Shown here: in pieces, positions 18,927 through 28,442 of the stretch
Layout of the letters: the number at the start of each line of letters is the position of its first letter
Numbering within the stretch: the first letter of the stretch is position 1
Assembly (NCBI GenBank): GCA_964291295.2
Contig: OZ219754.1
Coordinates: forward strand, 2,016,001 to 2,080,000
Direction: 5' to 3'
DNA length: 64,000 nt
From: an uncultured Candidatus Binatia bacterium
Lineage (GTDB): Bacteria > Desulfobacterota > Binatia > UBA9968 > JAJDTQ01
Position numbers and translations under genes: made by a program
The notes under the pieces: generated by a model
Seen by the model: only the letters and a program-made list of their open reading frames with translations
The model's database searches: none
Told to the model about the DNA's origin: nothing

Positions 18927-20225
18927 GTGAGATCACCGGACCACAGCCCCTTGGAGCGTTCCCTCACCGACCCGGCCCGTGCTCGCAGGGCACGGCTCAA
19001 CCGGATGTATCCATGGCTGGTGCTGGGCATTTCGTTCATGACCGTCGCCGCGGCCTTCGGATGCCGCAGCGCGTTCGCGCTCTTTCTCGTGGCGGTCATC
19101 GAGGAGTTTCAGTGGAGCCGCGGGCTGGCCGCGGGAGCGCTCAGCGCAGGCTCGGTGGCCTGGACCCTGTCCGCGCCGGTATGGGGACAGATGCTGGACC
19201 GCCTCGGCCCCAGGGTAGTGTTCCCGGCGGGCGCCAGCCTCATGGCCGCGGGTTTCGTCGTCAGTGCCATGACGGAGAACATGTGGCACTACTACCTGGG
19301 CATGGGACTGCTGGTGGGTTTGGGCTTCGCCGCGCTGCCCATGACCGCCCAGGCCACGGTCGTCAGCAACTGGTTCGTGCGCAAGCGCGGCATGGCCATG
19401 GGAATCGCCGCGGCGGGCATCGGTGCCGGCATCTTCGTGGTGGTGCCGGTTACCGAGGAACTCATTGTCGCCCTGGGCTGGCGCAACGCGTATCTGATAC
19501 TGGCGGGCGTGATGCTGGCGGCGGTGGTGCCGCTGAATCTGTGCCTTCAGCGGAGGCGGCCGCAGGACATGGGTCTGCTGCCGGATTTCGGCGACGCGCG
19601 AGGCGGCGGGGCGCGCCACGCGAGGCGCGGTGGAGACACGCTTCGGGAGGCGCTTCGCAGCTTCCGTTTCTGGGCGCTGGCCATGGGTTTCGTTTCGGGC
19701 GCGGTCCCTGTCCACATGATCCTGGTGCACCAGGTGGCGGCGATGGTGGACGCAGGCTATACACGGGAGTTCGGGTCCTGGATACTGAGCCTCACCGGCT
19801 TCTTCACCATCTTCGCCATGATCGGCATGGGCACGGTTTCGGACCGCATCGGCCGGGAGTGGGCCTACCATGTCGGCAGCGCGTCCCTGATAGCCGGCAT
19901 ACTTGTCATCCTCTACATCGACGCGATGCCGAGGCTCCTGCTGCTCTTTCTCTACCCGCCGGTGTTCGCCGCCGGTTTCGGGTCGCGCCAGTCGCTCTAT
20001 CCGACCATTGTCGCCGATATCTTTCATGGTGCCCATTTCGGTGCCATCATCGGCGTGCTGGCGGTCTGCATCGGCTTGGGGGCGGGTATCGGCCCCTGGC
20101 TGGCAGGGCATCTCCACGACCTGTCGGGCAGCTATGCCAGTTCGTGCTGGACGGCCATCGTCCTGTGTGTGCTGTCGATGGGATGCATTCGGGCTTCGGC
20201 GCCAGGGAAGGGACCGAATGCATGA
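18927..20225 (+). CDS. MFS transporter (OFA/MCT-like)
   Basis: About 12 TM; GQMLDRLGPR, WFVRKRGMAMG and SDRIGR motifs; true start may be ATG 19005. Confidence 0.9.
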   Translation: MRSPDHSPLERSLTDPARARRARLNRMYPWLVLGISFMTVAAAFGCRSAFALFLVAVIEEFQWSRGLAAGALSAGSVAWTLSAPVWGQMLDRLGPRVVFPAGASLMAAGFVVSAMTENMWHYYLGMGLLVGLGFAALPMTAQATVVSNWFVRKRGMAMGIAAAGIGAGIFVVVPVTEELIVALGWRNAYLILAGVMLAAVVPLNLCLQRRRPQDMGLLPDFGDARGGGARHARRGGDTLREALRSFRFWALAMGFVSGAVPVHMILVHQVAAMVDAGYTREFGSWILSLTGFFTIFAMIGMGTVSDRIGREWAYHVGSASLIAGILVILYIDAMPRLLLLFLYPPVFAAGFGSRQSLYPTIVADIFHGAHFGAIIGVLAVCIGLGAGIGPWLAGHLHDLSGSYASSCWTAIVLCVLSMGCIRASAPGKGPNA

Positions 20226-20280
20226 CGTCGTGTCCCGGGAACGGGCCTGGACGGACGGGGATCGACACGAGGGGGACGCC

Positions 20281-21276
20281 ATGCCGAAGACACGGATCAT
20301 CGACGCGCATCATCACTGGATGCCCGAGGAACACTATCGGAACCCGGATCCGCTGATCCGGGCCGGCGAGACCGTGGTGCGGCGGCCCGACCGGTTCGCC
20401 ATCCGCCGGGAAGGGGTGCAGCTTTTCGGACCACCCGTCATGACCGCGGACATGGCCGCGCAGATCGGCGAGATGGACCGGGCGGGCGTTCAGCAGGCGG
20501 TGCTCCACGTGGGCTGCTGGTTGGACTGGATCGACGTCCCGGCGGCGCGCTTCATCAACGACGAGATGGCCCGGGTCACCGAGCGGTTTGCCGGTCGCAT
20601 CATCCCGCTGGCCCATGTACCGGCGCTGGAGGCCGGCGGCCGGCGGGAACTGAAGCGCGCGGTGCTGAAGCTGGGCTTCCGGGGCGTGGGCATCAACACG
20701 CACATCCACGGCGCGCTGCTGGATGACCGGCGCTACCACCCGTTCTACCGGCTGGTGTCCGACCTCGACATCCCGATCTTCGTGCATCCCTCCGCGGAAC
20801 TTCCGCTGGCCCACCCCCACGGCATGGAGTCGTTCAATCTCACTCGGAACCTCGGCCGCGCCATGGACAATACCATCAACATCGTGCGGCTCATGCTGAG
20901 CGGCACGATGGACAAGTTCCCCCGGCTCCGTTTCGTCTTCACTCATCTGGGCGGCGCCTGGTTCGCACTGCGGAACCGCCTGAATCCGTCCTTCTGGGAC
21001 AAGCGCGCACAGGGCTACTTCGACCGCTTCCGGGACCGCATCTTCATCGACACCGCGCCGCCCTTCTGGTGTCCGGCGGAGATTCGCTTCGCCATGGACA
21101 TGGTGGGTGAGGAGCAGGTGCTCATGGGCAGCGACTTCCCCACCATCGATCGCCTCGGCGACGCGGTCGCCCTCGTGAAGACGGTCCGAGCCAGCCCCGC
21201 CGCCAAACGCAAGCTGCTGGGCGAGAACGTCGCGCGGCTGTTTCCCGGCGAAGGAAGGACGGGGCCGGGTCAATGA
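20281..21276 (+). CDS. Amidohydrolase_2 family protein (ACMSD-like)
   Basis: IDAHHH, IFVHP, THLGG and MGSDFP motifs; start MPKTRII after GAGGGGG. Confidence 0.9.
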   Translation: MPKTRIIDAHHHWMPEEHYRNPDPLIRAGETVVRRPDRFAIRREGVQLFGPPVMTADMAAQIGEMDRAGVQQAVLHVGCWLDWIDVPAARFINDEMARVTERFAGRIIPLAHVPALEAGGRRELKRAVLKLGFRGVGINTHIHGALLDDRRYHPFYRLVSDLDIPIFVHPSAELPLAHPHGMESFNLTRNLGRAMDNTINIVRLMLSGTMDKFPRLRFVFTHLGGAWFALRNRLNPSFWDKRAQGYFDRFRDRIFIDTAPPFWCPAEIRFAMDMVGEEQVLMGSDFPTIDRLGDAVALVKTVRASPAAKRKLLGENVARLFPGEGRTGPGQ

Positions 21277-22037
21277 AAGTCCTGATGTGCCCGCCCCTCC
21301 ACTACCAGCCCGCCCAGGGTGAGGACGCGCCAGCCATCATGGCCCAGTGGCGCGGCCTTTACCGGCTCCTGCGGGACGAGTTGGACGTGCACGTGGACCT
21401 GCTGGAGCCGAGACCCGGCATGTCCAGGCTGGTGCTGGCGGCCAGTGGAGGCCTGGTGTGGGAGGACGCTTTCATCGGGAGCCGTTTTCGGGACGCATCA
21501 AGACAGCGGGAACGGGAAGCGTGGGATGGTTTCTTTCTCGTTCGGGGTTACGTCATGCCGCCGCTGCCCGAAGGCTGCCGCTTCGAAGGTGAACGGGATC
21601 TGGTGGTTGCGGACGGAACGCTGTTCGCCGGGTATCGCTCCCAGGCCGATCTGGCGGCCCACCAGGCCGTATCCGGGATCCTCGGGCGGGAGATTCACTC
21701 GCTCCGCCTGTCCGACCGCTCGGACGGGCACCTGGATGGATGCCTGTGGCCGCTGGGGAACGGCATGGCGTTGTACCATCCCGAAGCCTTCCACCCGGAC
21801 GCGCGTGGAACTCTCGATGCCCGTCTTCCCGGGCTCCGGCGGGCGGATACCGGCGACGCCCGGCGTCTTGGCTGCAACGGCATGGTTGTGGGCAGCCACG
21901 TCATCCTGCCGCAGGGATGCGACGCCACCGCGGTCGGGCTGGAGCAGGAAGGCTTCCGGGTCCATACCCTGCCGTTGCAGTCCTACGCCCGCCATGGCGC
22001 CGGACCCAAGGCGCTGGTGTTGAGGATCGAGGGCTGA
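21273..22037 (+). CDS. Amidinotransferase/DDAH (pentein) family protein, catalytic Cys apparently absent
   Basis: VLMCPP, AQW, FEGERD, HLD and GCN motifs; ATGA overlap with the upstream gene. Confidence 0.8.
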   Translation: MKVLMCPPLHYQPAQGEDAPAIMAQWRGLYRLLRDELDVHVDLLEPRPGMSRLVLAASGGLVWEDAFIGSRFRDASRQREREAWDGFFLVRGYVMPPLPEGCRFEGERDLVVADGTLFAGYRSQADLAAHQAVSGILGREIHSLRLSDRSDGHLDGCLWPLGNGMALYHPEAFHPDARGTLDARLPGLRRADTGDARRLGCNGMVVGSHVILPQGCDATAVGLEQEGFRVHTLPLQSYARHGAGPKALVLRIEG

Positions 22038-24322
22038 TCCCGCAGCGCCCGCCACATCCGCTCGGGCGTGAGGGGCAGTTCGCGCACGCGCACGCCGACC
22101 GCGTCTTCGATGGCGTTGCCGATGGCAGGGGCCACGGGCATGAGGCCACCCTCGCCCAGGCCCTTGGAGCCGTAGGGGCCCGGGCCGTTGGCATCTTCCA
22201 CCATGAGGGTCTGGAAGGACGCCGGGATGTCGTGGAACGAGGGGAGGCGGTAGTCGATGAGGTTGGGGTTGAGAAGGTGGCCATTGTCGTACCGCATCTC
22301 CTCCATGAGGGTGTGGCCGATGGCGAACATCACCGCCCCTTCGTCCTGGCCCTCGCACAGGAGCGGGTGAATCGCCTTGCCCACGTCGGCGGTGGAGACG
22401 TATTTCAGGAGCTTGACGACGCCGGTGTCCCGATCCACCTCGACTTCGGCGCCGCCCCAACTCGTCTCCCAGAAGGTCGTGGGTGAACCCAGCACGGCCT
22501 TCTTGCTGTGGACGTCCTGGTAGGTGCCTTTGGCCAGCAGTTCACCGCCCTTGGCTCCGAAGGTCTGGTTGAGCACCTGCGCGTAGCTCAGGCGGTTGCC
22601 CTTGCCGGCGCGGACCTGACCGCCCTTGAACGTGATGCGGTCGGCCTTGCACTTGAACAGCCGGGCCGCGGCCCGGCGCAACTGCCGTTTCAATTCCGCC
22701 GCGGCCCGTTCCACGCACAGGCCCATGATGACCATCGAACTGCTGGCATTGGTGGCCGCGTCGTAGGGGGTGGAGTCGGTGTCGAGCTGGGCCACCGTGA
22801 CCGCTTCGCAGGGCAGGCACAACTCCTCGGCCACCACCTGGGCCAGGGCCGTCCGGCACCCCTGTCCGATCTCCACCGATCCGGTGAACAGCACCGCGCT
22901 GCCGTCCGAGCTCATCTTGATGGCGGCCGACGCCACCTTGTAGGTGCCGCCGCCGTCCTTCATGCAGCAGCTCAGGCCCATGCCGCGGTTCTGGCCCGGG
23001 CTTCTCCTGCCCCATCCCAAAGCCTTGGCGGTGCGCCGGAGCCCGGCCTCGAGGTCGCAGTCCACCACGGTGTCGCCCCTGGTGTAGACGTCGCCCTTCT
23101 TCAGCAGGTTCCGGGCCCGGAACTCCACCGGATCGATGCCGAGTCGGCGCGCGATCATGTCCATCTGGGACTCGTAGGCCCAAGTGACCTGAAGGGTGCC
23201 GAAGCCGCGGAACGCTCCCGCGGGCACGGCATTGGTGTAGACCGTGTAGGCGCGGACCTTGACGTTGGGGATGCGGTACGGCCCGGGCGCCCGGTAACCG
23301 GCCTTCTGGGACACCCGCGGCCCGTAGTCGGCGTAGGCGCCGGTGCCCATGTGAACCTCGCACTCGCGCGCCACCAGCCGTCCGTCGCGGGTGACGCCGG
23401 TCTTGATGCGGAACCGCGCCGGGTGCCGGGTGATGGTACGGAAGGTCTCCTCCGACGTGTGGGTGATCTTCACCGGCCTGCCGGTCTTCCATGCCAGGGC
23501 CGCCACCAGCGGCTCGTTCTTTACCGAGAGCTTGCCGCCGTAGGCGCCGCCCACATGGGGCACGATGACCCGCACCCGGTTGATGGCGATGGAGAAGAAC
23601 TCGGCGATGTGTCGCTGGAGCGTGAACGGATCCTGTGTGGAGGCCCACAGGGTGACGTGGCCGTCCTCCACCTGGGCGATGGTGATGTGGGGCTCCAGCG
23701 GGAAGTGCTGGATCTGCGGGAAGGTGAAGGTGTCCTCGAAGACCGCGTCGGCCCGGGCGAACCCCTTGTCCACATCGCCCCGGGCGTAGTCGTAGGCGTA
23801 GCAGATGTTGGTGCCGCGAAACTCCTCGGGCACGCGGTAGGCGTGACCGTGGAGTTCGTCCGCGTCCGCCGCCACCTCATGCACCAGCGGTGCGCCGGGC
23901 GCAATGGCGTCCGCGATGTCCGTGACCGCGGGCAACTCCTGATACTCCACGTCCACGAGCGCCAGCGCTTCCATGGCGGACGCCTCGTCATCGGCCACCA
24001 CCGCGGCCACCGGGTCACCGTCGTAGCGGACCTTGTCCAGCGCCACGATGGTCTGGTCCTTGTAGGCCGAGCCGTAGTACGGATTCATGCCGTCCAGGGT
24101 CTCGCGGGTGAGCACGGTCACCACTCCCGGCAGCGACGCGGCCCGGGCGGCGTCGATGCGCCGCAGCCGCGCGTGCGGAAAAGGGCTCCGCAGGACTTTT
24201 GCGTGGAGCATGCCCGGGACTTCCATGTCCATGGCGTAGACGGCGCTGCCGGTGGCCTTGACGACGCCGTCCACCCGCTGTGGCGACGTGCCGATGACCT
24301 GGTGTCTTGCGGCCTTGCTCAT
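21983..24322 (-). CDS. Xanthine dehydrogenase family molybdopterin-binding (large) subunit
   Basis: RVDGVVKATG, STQ, VGGAYGGK, AFRGFG, EIGQG and KGLGE motifs; start MSKAARH overlaps the cca stop. Confidence 0.93.
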   Translation of the reverse strand: MSKAARHQVIGTSPQRVDGVVKATGSAVYAMDMEVPGMLHAKVLRSPFPHARLRRIDAARAASLPGVVTVLTRETLDGMNPYYGSAYKDQTIVALDKVRYDGDPVAAVVADDEASAMEALALVDVEYQELPAVTDIADAIAPGAPLVHEVAADADELHGHAYRVPEEFRGTNICYAYDYARGDVDKGFARADAVFEDTFTFPQIQHFPLEPHITIAQVEDGHVTLWASTQDPFTLQRHIAEFFSIAINRVRVIVPHVGGAYGGKLSVKNEPLVAALAWKTGRPVKITHTSEETFRTITRHPARFRIKTGVTRDGRLVARECEVHMGTGAYADYGPRVSQKAGYRAPGPYRIPNVKVRAYTVYTNAVPAGAFRGFGTLQVTWAYESQMDMIARRLGIDPVEFRARNLLKKGDVYTRGDTVVDCDLEAGLRRTAKALGWGRRSPGQNRGMGLSCCMKDGGGTYKVASAAIKMSSDGSAVLFTGSVEIGQGCRTALAQVVAEELCLPCEAVTVAQLDTDSTPYDAATNASSSMVIMGLCVERAAAELKRQLRRAAARLFKCKADRITFKGGQVRAGKGNRLSYAQVLNQTFGAKGGELLAKGTYQDVHSKKAVLGSPTTFWETSWGGAEVEVDRDTGVVKLLKYVSTADVGKAIHPLLCEGQDEGAVMFAIGHTLMEEMRYDNGHLLNPNLIDYRLPSFHDIPASFQTLMVEDANGPGPYGSKGLGEGGLMPVAPAIGNAIEDAVGVRVRELPLTPERMWRALRDQPSILNTSALGPAPWRA

Positions 24323-25650
24323 GGTTCGTCGTTCCTCCCGGCCTCCTGCGGGTAGCGCTCGTATACCCAAGCCGCGGCCTGCTCCGGTGTCTGCAGGATG
24401 CCTTCCATCTGAGCCTCTTCGACGGCGCCCAGCATCGCGTGGAACGAGGGGCCCGGGGCGTATCCGAGCCGGATCAGGTCGCGCCCGCGCAACAGCGGCG
24501 CCGGCCGCACCTGTTCCTCGCCCAGTTCGGCGAGCCTTTGCCGGCAGAAGTCGTAGTAGCCCAGATCGCCGTTGGATGAAAGGGCGTCCATGCGGCAGAG
24601 TTCCAGCAGTTCGTGAATGCCCTCCGCCGCGAGAAACCGCTTGAGGGTGCTGAGGCGCATCTTTGGCGCCTGCGTGTAACGGAGGTGGCAGCGCACGAGC
24701 CAGGCCACCCGCTCGGCCACCGCGCGGCTGCGCTTGAGGCGGCGCAGGATCTCGACGGCCATCTCGGCGCCGAGTTCCGGGTGGCCGTGGAAGGTCACCC
24801 GCTCGCCCGCCGGTTGCCGGCACCGAGGCTTGGCCACGTCGTGCAGCAGACAGCCGTAGGCCAGGGTCTCGGTGGGTTCGTCCAGGTGACCGAGCAGCAG
24901 CAGCGTATGGACGTACACGTCCCCCTCGGGATGATGGTCCGGGGTCTGCTCGCAGCCCTTCATGGCCGCAATCTCCGGCAGGATCACGTCGAGGAGCCCG
25001 GTCTCGTCCAGCAGCTCGACTCCCCGCCGGGCGCCGCCTTCGGTGAGCGTCCGGGTGATCTCCGCGCCGATGCGCTCCCATGCCACCTGGGTGATGGCCG
25101 CGGCGTGGCTCGCGATGGCCCGGAGTGTCGGGCCATCAATGACGAAGTCCAGGCCGCAGGCCAGCCGCACCGCCCGGACCATCCGCAGCCGGTCTTCCGA
25201 GAACCGCTCGTGGGGGTCGCCGATGGCCCGGATCCGGCCCCGGTCCAGGTCTTCGCGGCCGTGCACCAGGTCGATGAGCCGGTCTTCCGCCGGGTCGTAC
25301 ATCATGGCGTTGATGGTGAAATCCCGCCGCCGGACGTCTTCCTCCAGGGTGCCGTAGCGGACGTTGTCGGGGCGGCGTCCGTCGCTGTACGGCCCGTCGC
25401 AACGGAAGGTCGTCACCTCGAAGGGCTCGTTGTCCACCACCACCACCATCGAGCCGAATCTCGATCCCACCGGGACGGTGTCGGGAAAGATGGCCTGGAT
25501 GGAGCGGGGGGTGGCATCGGTGGCGATATCGTAGTCTTTGGGCTCACGACCCAGGAGCCGGTCACGCACGCAGCCGCCGGCGAGGTAGGCTTCGTGCCGG
25601 GCGTCGCGCAGACGCTGGATGATGTGCAGAGCCTTGTCTTGCTGCGACAC
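24319..25650 (-). CDS. cca: tRNA nucleotidyltransferase (CCA-adding, class II) with HD domain
   Basis: GGCVRD, DYDIATD, RRDFTINAM, EDRLR, HHPEGDV and LLHDVAK motifs. Confidence 0.9.
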   Translation of the reverse strand: MSQQDKALHIIQRLRDARHEAYLAGGCVRDRLLGREPKDYDIATDATPRSIQAIFPDTVPVGSRFGSMVVVVDNEPFEVTTFRCDGPYSDGRRPDNVRYGTLEEDVRRRDFTINAMMYDPAEDRLIDLVHGREDLDRGRIRAIGDPHERFSEDRLRMVRAVRLACGLDFVIDGPTLRAIASHAAAITQVAWERIGAEITRTLTEGGARRGVELLDETGLLDVILPEIAAMKGCEQTPDHHPEGDVYVHTLLLLGHLDEPTETLAYGCLLHDVAKPRCRQPAGERVTFHGHPELGAEMAVEILRRLKRSRAVAERVAWLVRCHLRYTQAPKMRLSTLKRFLAAEGIHELLELCRMDALSSNGDLGYYDFCRQRLAELGEEQVRPAPLLRGRDLIRLGYAPGPSFHAMLGAVEEAQMEGILQTPEQAAAWVYERYPQEAGRNDEP

Positions 25651-25686
25651 GGGACGATCCTGAAAAGGCGGCCTCGGGACTGCCGG

Positions 25687-27003
25687 CTAGTTCTCGAGGC
25701 CGGCCTTGCGGAGGTTCCCCACCACCACGAGTATGAGCTTCTCGGGTTGCAGATATTTGCGGGCGACCCGAAGAACGTCCTCCACGGTCACCTTCCGGAT
25801 CATCCCGGGGTACCGGTCGGCGTAGTCCAGTCCGAGGTCGAGGTACTCCACCTGGCCCAGAAAGTCGGCGATGTCGTCGTTGGTATCGAGCCCCAGGGCG
25901 AAGCTGCCGGTGAGATAGCTCTTGGCGTCCCGCAGCTCTTCCGCGGTCACGCCGCCGCGCCGCATTCGCTCGATCTCGGCCCTGGCCACCGCGATGGCTT
26001 CCCGGGCGCTCTCGTTGCGGGTCTGCATGGCCACCTGGAAACGTCCGGTGTTCCGGCCCGCGGCGAAATAGCTGTAGACCGAGTAGGCCAGACCGCGCCG
26101 GTTCCGGATGCTGTCGCCGAGACGGGAGGTCAGGTCGCCGCCGCCGAGGATCTGGTTCATCACCCGGTTGGCGTAGTGGTCGGGGTTCATGCGGAGCGGA
26201 CCCTCGTGCCCCATGACGATGTTGGATTGAGCGAGGTCGCGGTCGAGCCTGACGGCCGCCCGCTTCGGTGCCGGCAGCACCACCGGGGCATCCGCTTCCC
26301 CGCCGCCGGCCAGCCAGCCTGCCAGGGCCCGGGTCAGCTTTTGCCGCATCTCCTCGTGGGTGATGTCGCCCGCGGCCACGAGAAGGGTCCGGTCCGGCCG
26401 GTAGTAGCGCCGGTGGAAGTCCATGACGGCGTCCCGGTCGAGTCGGCTCAGCGATTCCTCCGAGCCCTCAACCGGGCGTCCGTGGAAGCTCCCGGGGTAG
26501 AGCGCTTCACGGAACGCATCCCGGGCGATGGCGCCGGGATGGTCCTTCTTGGCCCTGAGCGAGGCGAGGATGGACTGCTTCGTGCGTTCCACCTCCTGCC
26601 GGGGGAACGAGGCCGCCGTCAGCACCTCGCCCAGGAGGGCCAGGCCGGTGTCCAGATCCTTCCTGAGAATGTTCAGGTCCAGGCTGCTCTGTTCCCGGTA
26701 ACAGTCGGCCCGCAAGTGGGCCCCCAGGCCTTCGATCAATCCGCTGATGCTCATGGCGTCCCGCCCGGCGGTGCCGAGGGTCAGGAGCCGCGAAGTGAGG
26801 TTGGCCAGGCCGTGCCGGTCCGCGGGGTCGTGGCGGGAACCGGCCCGGATCAGGAGACGCACCGAGACGATGGGCAGCGCGGGCTGTCTCGAGGTTATCA
26901 GCACCAGTCCGTTGGGGAGGATTTCGCGTTGGGCGTTCATGGCGGCAAGGGCGGCGTCGGGTGCCGCGAGCAGGCACAACAGCAGCGGCAGCCAGCGTCT
27001 CAT
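25687..27003 (-). CDS. M16 family peptidase, non-catalytic partner subunit
   Basis: LPNGL, GLANLT (no HxxEH), SRL...RGLAYSV; signal peptide. Confidence 0.9.
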   Translation of the reverse strand: MRRWLPLLLCLLAAPDAALAAMNAQREILPNGLVLITSRQPALPIVSVRLLIRAGSRHDPADRHGLANLTSRLLTLGTAGRDAMSISGLIEGLGAHLRADCYREQSSLDLNILRKDLDTGLALLGEVLTAASFPRQEVERTKQSILASLRAKKDHPGAIARDAFREALYPGSFHGRPVEGSEESLSRLDRDAVMDFHRRYYRPDRTLLVAAGDITHEEMRQKLTRALAGWLAGGGEADAPVVLPAPKRAAVRLDRDLAQSNIVMGHEGPLRMNPDHYANRVMNQILGGGDLTSRLGDSIRNRRGLAYSVYSYFAAGRNTGRFQVAMQTRNESAREAIAVARAEIERMRRGGVTAEELRDAKSYLTGSFALGLDTNDDIADFLGQVEYLDLGLDYADRYPGMIRKVTVEDVLRVARKYLQPEKLILVVVGNLRKAGLEN

Positions 27004-28337
27004 GATGGTTTCCCCGCTTGAGGCGCCAGGATCCCCACGGTGCGTCGATCCGGGTCGAGGTACCGTCGCGCCACCCGCCGGACATGCTCCGCCGTGACGC
27101 CCCGGATACCCTCCAGATACGCGTTCATGCGCCGCCATCCTCCGGCGATCTCGTAGAACCCGATCCTCATGGCCTGCCCGTGGTTGGATTCCTGGGCGAA
27201 GATGAACGCCGCCGCCACCTGGTTCCTGGCCTTGTCCACCTCGTCCCCGGTGACGCCCTCTTCCCGGACCCTGGTGATCAGCTGGTCGATGGCGGCTTCC
27301 AGGTCACCGATGTCCTTGCCCGGCATGGCCTGCGCGCCGATGGTGAAGGTGGTGGGGTCGACGGAGACGCGGTGGTAGCCGGCCCAGGCCGAGCGCGCCA
27401 TGCGCCGGTCGTAGACCAGATCCCGGTAGAGCCGGGAAGTCCGCCCCCTGGACAGGATCATCTCCAGCACGTCCAGCGCGTAGCTGTCCCGGTGGCCCGC
27501 GTTCGGCACGTGGTAGTTCATCACCAGCGCCGGGAGCTGGGCTTTCCTCTTGAGCAGCACGCGCCGCTCGCCTCGTTGCGGCGGCTCGGTGAGGCCGACC
27601 TCCGGCGGCTCGGGTCCACGGGGAATCCCGCCGAAGGCTGCGCGGATCTCCGACAGGATCTCCCCGCTGTCGAAGGCGCCGGCGACGACGACGAAGGCGT
27701 TGTTGGGCGAGTAGTGGGTGCGGTAGAACTCCTTCAGATCCTCCAGGGTCATTCGGCGCACGTCTTCGGGCCAGCCGATGATGGGGCGGCGGTAGGGGTG
27801 CACGGTGTAGGTTGCCGCGCGCGTCAACTCCGCCAGCGCGGCCCGCGGGCGGTCGTCGGTCCGCAGGCGCCGTTCTTCCTGCACCACCTTCTTCTCGGGC
27901 GTGAAGTGCTTCTCGTCGAAGCGGGTGTTCACCATGCGGTCGGCCTCGAGTTCGATGGCCTTGCCGATGGTCTCCCGGCTCATGGTGGCGTGGTAGACGG
28001 TGGCGTCGTGGGAGGTGAACGCGTTGGAGCGCCCGCCGTGCTTTCGGATGATGCGGGAGTATTCCTCCGGAGCCACCTTGTCGGTGCCCTTGAACAGCAT
28101 GTGCTCCAGGAAGTGCGCGATGCCGCTCTTGCCGTCCACTTCGTTTCGGGAGCCCACCCGGTACCAGACCTGGAACGTGACCGCGGGGCTGCGGTGGTTT
28201 TCCAGCAGGAGCACCTTGAGGCCGTTGTCGAGAATTTCCTCCCGAACCTCCACCCGGCCCTCGGGCGTGGACCCTCCGGCGACGGCCGGAAGGAGGGTCA
28301 CCAGGAACAGGCCGGTGAGTCGATGTATCCAATCCAT
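27000..28337 (-). CDS. M16 family Zn-peptidase, catalytic subunit
   Basis: GIAHFLEHMLFKGT (HxxEH), NAFTS, VVQEERR; signal peptide. Confidence 0.93.
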   Translation of the reverse strand: MDWIHRLTGLFLVTLLPAVAGGSTPEGRVEVREEILDNGLKVLLLENHRSPAVTFQVWYRVGSRNEVDGKSGIAHFLEHMLFKGTDKVAPEEYSRIIRKHGGRSNAFTSHDATVYHATMSRETIGKAIELEADRMVNTRFDEKHFTPEKKVVQEERRLRTDDRPRAALAELTRAATYTVHPYRRPIIGWPEDVRRMTLEDLKEFYRTHYSPNNAFVVVAGAFDSGEILSEIRAAFGGIPRGPEPPEVGLTEPPQRGERRVLLKRKAQLPALVMNYHVPNAGHRDSYALDVLEMILSRGRTSRLYRDLVYDRRMARSAWAGYHRVSVDPTTFTIGAQAMPGKDIGDLEAAIDQLITRVREEGVTGDEVDKARNQVAAAFIFAQESNHGQAMRIGFYEIAGGWRRMNAYLEGIRGVTAEHVRRVARRYLDPDRRTVGILAPQAGKPS

Positions 28338-28442
28338 GAGCTTGAAGATATCGGCCCCGGGAGGCGGGTGCAACAGGGTCCGGCGATCTCGGCCAGGGCC
28401 GGGTCGCCCCGGCGGGGGCCATCGGGATGCGCACCGCCCATG

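Noticed and set aside
24323-25081. Apparent N-terminal extension making the Mo subunit 1032 aa
   Set aside because: It is an alternative frame inside cca; family homology begins at MSKAARH (24322)
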